DNA from: an uncultured Ectothiorhodospiraceae bacterium
GTDB lineage: Bacteria > Pseudomonadota > Gammaproteobacteria > Nitrococcales > Nitrococcaceae
DNA length: 64,000 nt
Assembly: GCA_913056315.1 (NCBI GenBank)
Contig: CAJXMZ010000001.1
Location: 31 to 64,030 of the forward strand
Direction of reading: 5' to 3'
Made by a program: the position numbers and the translations under genes. The notes under the pieces are model-generated. The model did not search any database, was not told the origin of the DNA, and saw nothing but the letters and a program-made list of their open reading frames with translations. Below, piece by piece: positions 40,084 through 49,587 of this stretch. The first letter of the stretch is position 1. Each line of letters begins with the position of its first letter.

Positions 40084-40905
40084 ATGGCAAGCACCGAAAT
40101 AGTGTCTGACGCCCAAGCCATTGTGATGCAAGAAATCGATGCCAATGGGGTGCTGCGATTGACCTTAAATGACGAGGGTAAGCGTAATGCCCTGTCAGAG
40201 GCGATGCTGGGTGAACTACAGAACATTTTAGATCAAGCTGCAGGCAATGCCGCGGTTCGAGTCATTGTGATTGCAGCGCTTGGCCCGGCTTTTTGCGCAG
40301 GGCATGATTTAAAAGAAATGACCGCCGCACGCAGTAATGCGGATCGCGGGCGGGCGTTTTTTACACGGCTAATGGCTAGCTGTGCCTCGGTGATGCAATC
40401 GATTGTGAATCACCCCAAACCCGTTATTGCCGAAGTTGAAGGGGTGGCCACGGCCGCCGGCTGTCAGCTGGTTGCCAGCTGTGATTTGGCCTATGCCGCA
40501 CCAACGGCCAAATTCGCAACGCCTGGGGTGCATATTGGTTTGTTTTGCTCAACGCCCATGGTGGCGTTGTCGCGCAACGTGGCGAACAAACATGCCATGG
40601 AAATGCTGCTTACCGGCGATGTGATTGACGCCACCGCTGCGGCGGATAAGGGATTAATTAATCAAGTCGTTGAGGCCGACCAACTACGGGAGCACAGCAC
40701 AGCCGTTGCGCATAAAATTGCGGCCAAATCCAGCATGACGCTCGCCACGGGCAAGCGGGCCTTCTACCATCAGCGCGATATGTCGCTGGCCGATGCCTAT
40801 ACTTACAGCGCTGAGGTAATGGTAGAGAACATGCTCAAGCGTGATGCCGAAGAGGGGATTGGCGCCTTTATCGAAAAACGCCCCGCGCGCTGGCAAGACA
40901 AATAA
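40084..40905 (+). CDS. Enoyl-CoA hydratase/isomerase family protein
   Basis: KRNALS, FCAGHDLKE, ATAAGCQLVASCDL, TPGV.IGLFCSTP. Confidence 0.92.
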   Translation: MASTEIVSDAQAIVMQEIDANGVLRLTLNDEGKRNALSEAMLGELQNILDQAAGNAAVRVIVIAALGPAFCAGHDLKEMTAARSNADRGRAFFTRLMASCASVMQSIVNHPKPVIAEVEGVATAAGCQLVASCDLAYAAPTAKFATPGVHIGLFCSTPMVALSRNVANKHAMEMLLTGDVIDATAAADKGLINQVVEADQLREHSTAVAHKIAAKSSMTLATGKRAFYHQRDMSLADAYTYSAEVMVENMLKRDAEEGIGAFIEKRPARWQDK

Positions 40906-40941
40906 AATAATAACCCGAATAACAATGAGGAGAGCGCGGCT

Positions 40942-42567
40942 GTGAACAAGGCGTTTAATGTTGATTTAGCGCGCAATGAGGCCAATTATCAGCCGTTGAC
41001 GCCGTTAACTTTTTTGGCTCGCGCCGCGGAAGTCATGCCCGCGCATACGGCTATTATCCATGGGTCAATGCGGGTTTCTTACGCTGAGTTCTATCAGCGC
41101 TCGCGCCAGCTGGCCAGTGCGTTGAGCGCTGCCGGCATGGGCCGAGGGGATACGGTTTCTGCGCTGCTGCCTAATGTCCCAGCCATGCTTGAGGCGCATT
41201 ACGGCGTGCCAATGTGCCAAGCGGTTTTGCATGCGATTAACACCCGCCTTGATGCCAACACGATTGCTTTTCAGCTGGATCACGCCGGCGCGCAGATGTT
41301 GCTGGTGGACCAGCGCATGCTGCCCTTGGCCAACGAGGCGTTAGCGCTGACTGAATGCAATCCTCAAGTGGTGGTCTATGTTGACCCGACACTTGATGAG
41401 CCCACGCCCCGAGCGGCCAATGAAATTGATTACGAGGCTTTCTTAAGCACGGGTGACCCCCAGTTTGAATGGCTTATGCCAGTGGATGAGTGGGATGCCA
41501 TTTCCATTGGTTATACCTCCGGTACCACCGGTAACCCCAAAGGCGTGGTTTCACATCATCGCGGGGCGTATTTGCTGGCCCAAGGCAACGCGTTGATTTC
41601 GAATATGCCGCGCTATGCCACCTATCTGTGGACCTTGCCCATGTTCCACTGTAATGGCTGGTGTTTCCCGTGGACGATGTCGGTGGTGTTTGGCACCCAT
41701 GTGTGTCTGCGCGAGGTCCGCGCTGAACCGATTTGGCAAGCCTTCGAGGCGCATGATGTCACGCATCTATGCGGTGCACCGCCCGTTATGTCCGTTTTGG
41801 TTAATACCGATCCGGCCGAGCGCACGGTGTTAAAGCATCCGGTTGAGTTTATGACCGCTGCGGCGCCACCGCCCAAGAGCGTGCTCGCGCAAATGGAAGC
41901 CGCTGGCTTTAATGTCACGCAGCTGTACGGTTTGACCGAGACCTACGGGCCGGCCGTGGTGAATGAATGGCATCAATCATGGGATGCCCTAGATGCGGAT
42001 GCCCGAACCGCGCTTAAAGCCCGTCAGGGCGTTCGCTACACGCCGCTAGAGCGGCTTGCGGTGCTCGACCCAGAGACCATGCAGCCGGTTGCCGCAGACG
42101 GGCAGACAATCGGTGAGGTGATGTTTCGGGGTAATGTGGTAATGAAAGGCTACTTTCGTAATGCCAAGGCCACTGACGAAGCCTTTGCCGGTGGTTGGTT
42201 TCATTCGGGTGACTTGGGCGTTATGCACCCGGACGGTTATGTCGAGCTCAAAGATCGCTCCAAAGACATCATTATCTCGGGGGGCGAGAATATCTCCTCG
42301 ATCGAGGTTGAAGACGCGCTCTACAAGCATCCAGCCGTGGCTGTGGCCGCTGTGGTTGCGATGCCGCATGAGAAATGGGGAGAAACGCCGTGTGCGTTTA
42401 TCGAGCTTGCCGCTGGCGAATCGATTGATGCTGAGGGGTTAACCGCGCATTGCCGAGCGCATCTTGCCGGTTATAAAACCCCGCGTGCGTTTGTCTTTGA
42501 AACTATTCCGCGCACCGCCACCGGTAAAATCCAGAAACACGAGTTAAGAAAGCGGGTCAGTCAATGA
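40942..42567 (+). CDS. Acyl-CoA synthetase (AMP-forming), possibly DmdB-like
   Basis: YTSGTTGNPKG, MFHCNGW, YGLTETYGP, GWFHSGD, DRSKDIIISGGENIS, TGKIQK; GTG start with GAGGAG. Confidence 0.9.
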   Translation: MNKAFNVDLARNEANYQPLTPLTFLARAAEVMPAHTAIIHGSMRVSYAEFYQRSRQLASALSAAGMGRGDTVSALLPNVPAMLEAHYGVPMCQAVLHAINTRLDANTIAFQLDHAGAQMLLVDQRMLPLANEALALTECNPQVVVYVDPTLDEPTPRAANEIDYEAFLSTGDPQFEWLMPVDEWDAISIGYTSGTTGNPKGVVSHHRGAYLLAQGNALISNMPRYATYLWTLPMFHCNGWCFPWTMSVVFGTHVCLREVRAEPIWQAFEAHDVTHLCGAPPVMSVLVNTDPAERTVLKHPVEFMTAAAPPPKSVLAQMEAAGFNVTQLYGLTETYGPAVVNEWHQSWDALDADARTALKARQGVRYTPLERLAVLDPETMQPVAADGQTIGEVMFRGNVVMKGYFRNAKATDEAFAGGWFHSGDLGVMHPDGYVELKDRSKDIIISGGENISSIEVEDALYKHPAVAVAAVVAMPHEKWGETPCAFIELAAGESIDAEGLTAHCRAHLAGYKTPRAFVFETIPRTATGKIQKHELRKRVSQ

Positions 42568-42570
42568 AGT

Positions 42571-42606
42571 AGCCAATCAGTGGGGTGGTTCCCACACTGA
42601 TTAGCT
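42571..42606. terminator. Hairpin between convergent acyl-CoA synthetase and metF
   Basis: AGCCAATCAGTG...CACTGATTAGCT inverted repeat with inner GGG/CCC pairing. Confidence 0.5.
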
Positions 42607-43494
42607 GGCTAGATCGACTGAAATCGTCTCATCGTTGACACTAAATTCACCGCTTGAGACTGCTCGCGCCCAAGCCGCGGTCTTTTCAAAATTACCAAAC
42701 GAGTAAAAGTGAAAGCCGTTAATGTCATCGGATTGATTGACCAGTGGCGCCAGTGTGGTGACCAGTGTTTCGGTCGTCCCATTGCCTAGTGCGGTTTTCG
42801 CCAATCGCCGACCGCTTTTGCGCAGCATTGAAAAGCTTCCTGCAATGCCGCAAGCGCCGGCCATTTGCAATAAACGCTTGGTGCTCACCACACCGGGAAT
42901 GCCAATCTGTAAAGCGCTACCCTGCGCCAGTCCGGTATAGGTTTTTGCATGCCAGTCGCTAATAGCGCTTGGATCGAGTGCAAATTGCGATACCACTCGG
43001 ACATTAATTCCGGCCTGTCGGGCTTTGGCGATTTTCTCGCCAAGCACTTGCGCGCTGGTGTCAGTGCTCATGACCGGATGGCCGTCAGGGTGCGCTGCGA
43101 TATCCACCGCTTTAATATTAAACGCCTCGAGCACGCCCGATTGCAGTAACGCACTGGCATCGGCATAGGGCCCAACCGGGGCATCTGGGTCGCCGCCCAA
43201 AAGCAGCAACCGGGTTACCCCCGCTTGCTCAACAAAATCTTTTACGACCTGCCAAAGCAACGCTTCGGATTCGATACGCCGTGCAGGAATGTGCGGAACC
43301 GGGATCATGCCTTGGCTAGCGAGTTTGCTGGCAGCAAAAACCATTTCAGCCGGGTCGCCGTTCGGCAACCATGCCACATACACCTCGGTACCGACCGGCA
43401 GGTGATCACGAAAGTCTTCGATGCGTCGCGCATCTTTGGGCACCGACTCAATCGAAAAACCCTGGGTAGACGTTTGTATGGCAGCCTTACTCAC
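42601..43494 (-). CDS. metF: Methylenetetrahydrofolate reductase family protein
   Basis: FSIE..P, PVPHIPARR, LLLGGD, AAHPDGHP, SQFA, GIPG, HFYSFG; sits behind a GcvT-family gene. Confidence 0.8.
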   Translation of the reverse strand: MSKAAIQTSTQGFSIESVPKDARRIEDFRDHLPVGTEVYVAWLPNGDPAEMVFAASKLASQGMIPVPHIPARRIESEALLWQVVKDFVEQAGVTRLLLLGGDPDAPVGPYADASALLQSGVLEAFNIKAVDIAAHPDGHPVMSTDTSAQVLGEKIAKARQAGINVRVVSQFALDPSAISDWHAKTYTGLAQGSALQIGIPGVVSTKRLLQMAGACGIAGSFSMLRKSGRRLAKTALGNGTTETLVTTLAPLVNQSDDINGFHFYSFGNFEKTAAWARAVSSGEFSVNDETISVDLAS

Positions 43495-43523
43495 ATGAAC
43501 TCCTATCGCTATGCGGTAGCGGT

Positions 43524-44729
43524 TTAGGCAACTTCCACGTCATCCGACGCTTCGAGTGCCCGACCCCGGGGAATGTCGCCGTTGCGGTCATACAGTGGCA
43601 ACGTGCTGATCATGCCCACGCGGGTTTCGCCGTCAGTGCACATCACCTCAATTTCATCACCTGGCGCGAGGTCTGGATCGTTTAAGCGCACCATGGCAAT
43701 GCCCAACTGCAGTGTTGGTGAGAATGCACTACTGGTGACCCGTCCTGCTTGCTTGCCTGCGACCTGTAATGAATCGCCACGCTTAGGGGTGCCGTTGGCA
43801 CAGGTGAGTCCCCAAGTGCGATTGCGCCGGTCGGCTTCAAGTAGCGCTTCACGGCCAATAAAATCGCCCTTTTCAAAGTCGACCAGGCCGCTAAAACCCA
43901 CCTCAAATGGCGTAACTGAATCGTCAAAGTCCGTACCGGCGAAAAGCAATCCGCCCTCGATACGCCGCGCGTTCGTGACTTCGGCCGGGGTGGTGAGCAT
44001 GTCGTAAACACGGCCGGCTTCCATAATACGATCGCCGATTGCGCGCGCATCAACATCGGGGCTTAGGTAGAACTCCCAGCCTAACTCATTGGTAAAACCG
44101 GTGCGGGTAATGGTGACCGGTTGCCCGCCGATGTGGATATGCGCGATGTCGAAATAGCGAAAGCGCTCGGGCAGGCCGTCGTCCGCAACGGCTTCAAGCA
44201 CGTCGAGCGAGCGCGGGCCTTGGACTTGGCTAATCCATGCACCGGGGTAGAACACTTTGACGTTAAAGCCCTCTGCTTGGGCGCGCAGCCAGCCGTAGAA
44301 CTCGCCGTCGCTTTGCACATACCAAAACCGATCGGTATCCAGGCGCATCAACACCCCGTCCATCATAATGCCACCATCGGGGTAGCAAGCGATTTGGTAG
44401 CTGCAACGACCGACTTTAACTTTGCTAATACTGCGCGTGAACACACGCTCGAGCATTGCCACCGCGTCAGGACCAGTGATTTCAGTTGCTAACTCACCGG
44501 TGTGCGACAGCATAACCTTGCGGCGTAAGCGCCAATAAAGCTCCTCCATATCACCCTTGGCATAGGACAACGCACGCAATCGCCCGTTGTATATGCCAAA
44601 TTGCGGGTCATGAGGGAGTTCTTGGTAAACCAAAGGGTGGGGCAGCATGCTTTGTCGAAACTCACTGGCTCCGCCCGTGTTAGTGACCGCCTTAACGACG
44701 AACTCAATATTGGCCTGTAAATCGCTCAT
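43524..44729 (-). CDS. GcvT-family THF-dependent demethylase
   Basis: EITGPDA, DGG...DGVL.RL, QVQGPRS, RTGFTNELGWEFY, RRIEGGL; GGAGG RBS before ATG 44729. Confidence 0.85.
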   Translation of the reverse strand: MSDLQANIEFVVKAVTNTGGASEFRQSMLPHPLVYQELPHDPQFGIYNGRLRALSYAKGDMEELYWRLRRKVMLSHTGELATEITGPDAVAMLERVFTRSISKVKVGRCSYQIACYPDGGIMMDGVLMRLDTDRFWYVQSDGEFYGWLRAQAEGFNVKVFYPGAWISQVQGPRSLDVLEAVADDGLPERFRYFDIAHIHIGGQPVTITRTGFTNELGWEFYLSPDVDARAIGDRIMEAGRVYDMLTTPAEVTNARRIEGGLLFAGTDFDDSVTPFEVGFSGLVDFEKGDFIGREALLEADRRNRTWGLTCANGTPKRGDSLQVAGKQAGRVTSSAFSPTLQLGIAMVRLNDPDLAPGDEIEVMCTDGETRVGMISTLPLYDRNGDIPRGRALEASDDVEVA

Positions 44730-44850
44730 CGCTCCTCCTAAGGAATGCACACCGATTTGTCTCGATTTGAGCGCAGACTAGCGCTGGGAATTAGATGACA
44801 CCAATGACAATTTTGTGCTGTGATTAGCAATTTCTGTCATCATTAAATTT

Positions 44851-45711
44851 ATGCGTTTAGATACCGAATCACTTAGGGCGCTCAAGCTTGTCGCCGAGGT
44901 CGGGGGTGTTACCGAGGCGGCCGCACGCTTATCGCTCACCCAATCGGCAGTGAGCTGGAAATTGCGCCGACTCGAAGAGCGCGTGGGCCAGCCGTTATTG
45001 CGCCGAGACGGGCGTGTGTTGCGGCCGACTGCCCATGGGCAAGAGCTCATTGAATTTGCTGATCTTATTCTCTCAGCGCACGACGCGGCGGTGCAGCGCT
45101 TTCAAGGATCCACGCTAAGCGGGCTCATTCGGTTGGGCACCACGGATGATGTGGCTGCCGATCGAGCGGTGGGCATTGCCGGGCGTTTTCGCTGGGCTCA
45201 CCCGGGTATTCGGCTACAAGTGCGCGTGTCCTCATCGCTTAAGGTGGCCGAATGGGTGGATGAAGGCGCGATTGATTTGGCGGTTATGCCGGTGGAACAA
45301 GCCAATGTGCGGCAAAATGACTTTACGCTGTGGTCAGAGCCACTGTGCTTTGTGCAGGCCAAAGACAGCGATTTCTCCATTCAAGACTCCTTACCGCTCG
45401 TTAGCTTTGGCAGTCGCTGTTTTTATGGGGGGATTGCCGGGGCGTTGCTTGAAGACGCTCAGGTGCGTTACGACAACGTGCTCGAGAGTGCGAGCATCGC
45501 CGGCGTGTGTGCCGCTGTGAGTGCGGGTTTTGGAGTGGCGCTGATGAACGCAAGCTTCATGAGCGATGATCAATGCGAGTGGAGCGGGGCCAGTGAGCTG
45601 CCGACACCGCCTGACATCCATTATGTATTGCGCGCCGCGCGTTTGCCATTAACGGATGCGCAGGAGTCTTTAGTCGCTGAGCTTCGCGGATCTGTCCCGC
45701 TTGAGGTGTAG
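44851..45711 (+). CDS. LysR-family transcriptional regulator
   Basis: L..L..VAE.G..T.AA.RL.LTQSAVS..LRRLEE..G..L; divergent from the demethylase-metF pair. Confidence 0.92.
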   Translation: MRLDTESLRALKLVAEVGGVTEAAARLSLTQSAVSWKLRRLEERVGQPLLRRDGRVLRPTAHGQELIEFADLILSAHDAAVQRFQGSTLSGLIRLGTTDDVAADRAVGIAGRFRWAHPGIRLQVRVSSSLKVAEWVDEGAIDLAVMPVEQANVRQNDFTLWSEPLCFVQAKDSDFSIQDSLPLVSFGSRCFYGGIAGALLEDAQVRYDNVLESASIAGVCAAVSAGFGVALMNASFMSDDQCEWSGASELPTPPDIHYVLRAARLPLTDAQESLVAELRGSVPLEV

Positions 45712-45717
45712 AAATCA

Positions 45718-46404
45718 ATGGCTAAGCAAACCGCCGCACCCATTTTAGTCTTCGATGTGAACGAAACACTGCTTGATCTTGGCCATCTGGAAGCGGTTTT
45801 TGTCCGCCTTTTGGGTGACCGTCGATCGATGCGGGAGTGGTTTGCCGAACTGATTTTGTATTCGCAATCACTCACGTTGGCGGGCCGTTACACGCCGTTT
45901 AACGAACTTGCCATCGCGACATTGCGAATGCGTGCCAACATTCAGGCCAAAACAATCACCCCAAGCGATGCGCAAGCCTTCGCTGAAGCGCTGGGGACAA
46001 TGCCCGCGTTGCCTGATGTCGCTCCTGCACTCGCGCGCTTGAAAACCGCGGGGTATCGGCTGGTTACGTTGACGAATTCGCCCCCCGGGCCCGCGCCGAG
46101 TGCGCTTGAGAATGCCGGGATTGGCCATTATTTTGAGCAGGCATTTAGCGTACATACGCTGGGTCAATTCAAGCCCGCCCCGGCGGTTTACCACCAAGTT
46201 GCCCATGCGCTGGAAGTGCCAACCGCGGAACTTTGTCTGGTGGCTTGTCATCTGTGGGATACGCTGGGCGCGCAGGCTACTGGCATGCAGGGGGCATTTA
46301 TTGAGCGCCCGGGTAATGCGGTGTTGGTCGCCCCCGAGGTGCCGCAACCCACCTTTGTGGCGAGCGACTTAATGCAGTTGGCTGATCAATTGGTGCGCGA
46401 ATGA
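45718..46404 (+). CDS. Haloacid dehalogenase type II (HAD superfamily)
   Basis: [23 protein letters not shown]. Confidence 0.88.
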   Translation: MAKQTAAPILVFDVNETLLDLGHLEAVFVRLLGDRRSMREWFAELILYSQSLTLAGRYTPFNELAIATLRMRANIQAKTITPSDAQAFAEALGTMPALPDVAPALARLKTAGYRLVTLTNSPPGPAPSALENAGIGHYFEQAFSVHTLGQFKPAPAVYHQVAHALEVPTAELCLVACHLWDTLGAQATGMQGAFIERPGNAVLVAPEVPQPTFVASDLMQLADQLVRE

Positions 46405-46718
46405 CGTTAATTAATGGACTTCATCACATCACAGCGGTGGCCGCTGATCCGCAGCGTAATGTGGATTTTTATGCTGGGGTGTTGGGCTTGCGGCTGGTTA
46501 AAAAAACGGTCAATCAAGACGATCCCTACACTTACCACTTGTATTACGGTGATGCCCTAGCCCGTCCAGGTTTTATAATTGACGAGTCGTCGGCGCACTT
46601 AGGCGAGTCGCTTTTGCTTACTCAGGCCCATGAGCCCATGCGCGCTTCTATTGAAGCGGCATTGCCGGCACTCACGCTGCCTGACTCGGCGGTCAATGCA
46701 GTGGTAACCCATCTCTAA
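46401..46718 (+). pseudogene. Internally deleted ring-cleaving dioxygenase (VOC, MhqO/PcpA-like) remnant
   Basis: The N-terminus [40 protein letters not shown] is joined directly to the family C-terminus PGF..DE....LGE.L.L....EP.R..IEAALP; only 105 aa. Confidence 0.75.
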
Positions 46719-46743
46719 CTTCTCGCGACAAAAAGGATCGATC

Positions 46744-47139
46744 ATGCATCCGTTTTTACTTGGCGCTGGCTTGCTTGGCTTGCTATCGGTGGCGTTTGGC
46801 GCGTTTTCTGAACATGCCCTGCGGCCGAATGTGGATGCCGAGTCGTTTCGATTTCTCATGACCGCTGTGCGCTATAACCAAGTGCATGCCGTGGCTTTGC
46901 TTGCGCTGGCATTGGGTTTGGCTGCGCCACTGAGCGTAAGCACCACGGCGCGAATTCGGTTAGCCGCCTGGTTGATGCTCATTGGCACAGTGCTTTTTAG
47001 TGTCAGTATTTATTTAGCGGTTTGGTCAGGAAATCTGCAGCTCACCTACTTAACACCGGTTGGTGGTATCACCTTAATGTTGGCTTGGACGGTATTAATC
47101 TGGGCGGGTTGGAAAGCACGTAAGGACACAAAGTCATGA
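46744..47139 (+). CDS. DUF423 (YgdD/TMEM256-like) membrane protein
   Basis: VAFGAFSEH, TAVRYNQVH, GTVLFS.SIY, TPVGG; 4 TM segments. Confidence 0.85.
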   Translation: MHPFLLGAGLLGLLSVAFGAFSEHALRPNVDAESFRFLMTAVRYNQVHAVALLALALGLAAPLSVSTTARIRLAAWLMLIGTVLFSVSIYLAVWSGNLQLTYLTPVGGITLMLAWTVLIWAGWKARKDTKS

Positions 47140-47219
47140 CGGTACGGTTATTGAGTTTGCTATTGATGATATGGGTGCTGACTGGGTGCAGCGGCATCCC
47201 CCTAGTGCCCGGTATTTAG
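47136..47219 (+). CDS. Putative 27-aa lipoprotein (MTVRLLSLLLMIWVLTGCSGIPLVPGI)
   Basis: ATGA overlap with the DUF423 stop; basic residue, hydrophobic core and LTGC lipobox; below the ORF-track cutoff. Confidence 0.55.
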   Translation: MTVRLLSLLLMIWVLTGCSGIPLVPGI

Positions 47220-47228
47220 CCGCTGGTC

Positions 47229-48104
47229 CTAGGCATTAAACGTCACCGCGGCACATTCGCCGATGTCATAGCCACCGAGTGCGGCGGCATAGTCTGCAAA
47301 TCGTTGGGTACGGCTAAAAGCCATTAATTTTTGTATGGCGGGTTGAAAAAATGTTCGCCGTTTCATTGCCAAGTCGAGTGGCTCGGTGATGAGTGGCTGA
47401 AAGGCTAAATGATGCCGTCGGGCAGCGGCCTCGATGGCAAACCCCGCATCTGCGTGGCCATTGCTAATGACAATGGCCACGGCGTCTTCGTCAAGCGCGA
47501 CCGCCTCGGTGATTTTTAACTGGTTGGCGTCGATGCCGGCTTGTTCAAGCAAAAAGCTAAAAAGGGTACGAGCGCCCGCCCCGGGTTGACGTTGCACCAC
47601 ACGCAGTCCCGGTTGGATTAAATCGCTCAATTGGTGAATTGCCCGCGGATTACCGGCAGGCATTACCAACCCTTGTGTTCGCGTGGCCCAGCGCAGCATA
47701 ACCAGATCGCGCATGCCGGCAAGCCCGCAAAAGCTGGGTTGATTAAATTGTCCGGTTTTTGGGTCGATGAGATGCAACCCCGCCAGTTGCGCACGCCCAT
47801 CGAGCAAGCGAGCCACGCCATCGCTGCTGCCGTTACACAATTGCGCCAAATCGGTATCGGCCTCACCCAAGGCCCAAGCAAGCAACGGATCTGAACTGCC
47901 GGCATAAATCGAAAGGCTTTCTAGGGACGCCGCTTGATCTCCCTCGAGGTGCGATAGAACCCACCGGTCAATGGCTTGGCGCGGAAACATGAGCTTACCG
48001 GTCACGCGCGCGCACGGAATCACCCCTTGGCTAACCAAATCATAGACTTTGCGCTCTTTGAGGCGCAGATACTGGGCCACTTCGGTCGTGGTGAGTAACT
48101 CCAT
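47229..48104 (-). CDS. Excisionase-type HTH plus periplasmic molybdate-binding-like (PBP) transcriptional regulator
   Basis: LLTTTEVAQYLRLKERKVYDL...IPC..VTGK..FP; GSSDPLL, RQPGAGAR PBP domain; divergent from tupBCA. Confidence 0.88.
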   Translation of the reverse strand: MELLTTTEVAQYLRLKERKVYDLVSQGVIPCARVTGKLMFPRQAIDRWVLSHLEGDQAASLESLSIYAGSSDPLLAWALGEADTDLAQLCNGSSDGVARLLDGRAQLAGLHLIDPKTGQFNQPSFCGLAGMRDLVMLRWATRTQGLVMPAGNPRAIHQLSDLIQPGLRVVQRQPGAGARTLFSFLLEQAGIDANQLKITEAVALDEDAVAIVISNGHADAGFAIEAAARRHHLAFQPLITEPLDLAMKRRTFFQPAIQKLMAFSRTQRFADYAAALGGYDIGECAAVTFNA

Positions 48105-48105
48105 A

Positions 48106-48145
48106 GCGCATATTATTGCATAATTATGCAGCTATTCCGGATAGC
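48106..48145. promoter_or_regulatory. Candidate operator of the tungstate regulator
   Basis: Perfect palindrome TGCATAATTATGCA (48117-48130) within GCA(T/G) units repeated every 10 bp (48108, 48118, 48128); GCTAT-TCCGG-ATAGC follows. Confidence 0.6.
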
Positions 48146-48196
48146 GGTGTTGTTTATGCACTGCATGGCAAAGACTACGCGGCACTATAAGCGCGA

Positions 48197-48904
48197 GTGC
48201 TTTTCATGCTTGATGCCTTTGCTGGTGCGGCTGGCTTACTGCTAACCGGCGACCCGACGCTCACCCACATCGTTGGGCTATCGCTGCGTGTGAGTCTTTC
48301 GGCGGTGTTGGTGGCCAGTGTTTTGGCCCTGCCTGTGGGGGCAGCATTGGCATTGTTTCGTTTTCCCGGGCGTACGGGCGTTGTTGTATTGCTCAACGCA
48401 CTCATGGGGTTGCCACCAGTGGTCGCCGGGTTAATCGTCTATATTTTGCTCTCGCGCGCCGGTCCGCTGGGCTCATTGGGTTTATTATTTACCCCTCAAG
48501 CCATGGTGATCGTCCAAAGCCTATTAATCTTTCCCATCGTCGCGGCGCTAACCCGGCAAATGGTTAGTGATCTGTGGGTGGAGTACCGCGAGCAGCTGAC
48601 CTCATTGGGCGCTAGCCGTGTGCGAGCGATTCCCAGTTTGTTATGGGATGCCCGCTTTAGCTTGGTAACCGCTTTGCTCGCCGGGTTTGGACGGGCGGTG
48701 GCGGAGGTGGGCGCAGTATTAATTGTGGGCGGTAATATCGATGGAGTCACGCGCGTGATGACCACCGCAATCGCGCTGGAGACCAACAAAGGCAATTTGT
48801 CACTGGCCTTGGCATTGGGCGTCATTTTGATGGGGTTGACCCTGGCGGTGAATGCGGTGGCATTTGCTGTTGGTGAGTTTTCGCGCCGGCGGTATGGCGT
48901 ATGA
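48197..48904 (+). CDS. tupB: Tungstate ABC transporter permease
   Basis: NALMGLPPVVAGL, R.GPLG, GFGRA.AEVGAV.IVGGNI...TRVMTTAI.LET.KG. Confidence 0.9.
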   Translation: MLFMLDAFAGAAGLLLTGDPTLTHIVGLSLRVSLSAVLVASVLALPVGAALALFRFPGRTGVVVLLNALMGLPPVVAGLIVYILLSRAGPLGSLGLLFTPQAMVIVQSLLIFPIVAALTRQMVSDLWVEYREQLTSLGASRVRAIPSLLWDARFSLVTALLAGFGRAVAEVGAVLIVGGNIDGVTRVMTTAIALETNKGNLSLALALGVILMGLTLAVNAVAFAVGEFSRRRYGV

Positions 48905-49587
48905 GCATAGACCGAACAATCCTTCCCATTGAATTGCAGCAAGTGGTATTCGCACCCCGAGACCAGGTGTTGCTCGGGCCGATTAATCTGACCTTGGGCG
49001 CGCATGCGCGCACGGTCATTATGGGCGCGAATGGCTCGGGGAAGAGCCTACTGTTGCGGCTTTGCCACGGCTTAATTGCGCCCACCAGCGGCGTTATTCG
49101 CTGTGGCGAGCAAGCCGGCGACCCGCAAACGGCCTGTATCCGTAAGCGACAGGCCATGGTGTTTCAGCGCCCGGTTATGATGCGCCGATCGGTTCGCGGC
49201 AATGTGTTATATGCGCTGCGCTTGCGTGGTGTGCGCGGTTCGCGTGCTGAGCAACTCACACAACAGGCGTTGGCATTGGTTGGACTCGAAGCACTCGCCA
49301 AACGCTCGGCTCGTGTGCTGTCTGGAGGCGAGCAGCAACGCTTGGCACTCGCCCGGGCGTGGGTTATTCGCCCTGAAGTTTTGTTTTTGGATGAACCCAC
49401 AGCCTCACTTGATCCCGATGCAACCACAGCCGTTGAAGCGGCCGTGCAGCGGTTTGCTGAGCAGGGCACGCGCATCATTATGACCACACACAGTACATCC
49501 CAGGCGCGCCGTATTGCCGACATGGGTATATGGCTCGATCAAGGGCAAGTCACCCAACATGACCCACTCGTAAGGAGAACATTATGA
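48901..49587 (+). CDS. tupC: Tungstate ABC transporter ATPase
   Basis: GANGSGKS, VFQRP, LSGGEQQRLALARA, LDEPTASLDP. Confidence 0.88.
   Translation: MSIDRTILPIELQQVVFAPRDQVLLGPINLTLGAHARTVIMGANGSGKSLLLRLCHGLIAPTSGVIRCGEQAGDPQTACIRKRQAMVFQRPVMMRRSVRGNVLYALRLRGVRGSRAEQLTQQALALVGLEALAKRSARVLSGGEQQRLALARAWVIRPEVLFLDEPTASLDPDATTAVEAAVQRFAEQGTRIIMTTHSTSQARRIADMGIWLDQGQVTQHDPLVRRTL

Noticed and set aside
47229-48104. Excisionase-like HTH suggesting a mobile element
   Set aside because: It is fused to a PBP domain and divergent from tupBCA, typical of a regulator; no integrase or att sites were seen.
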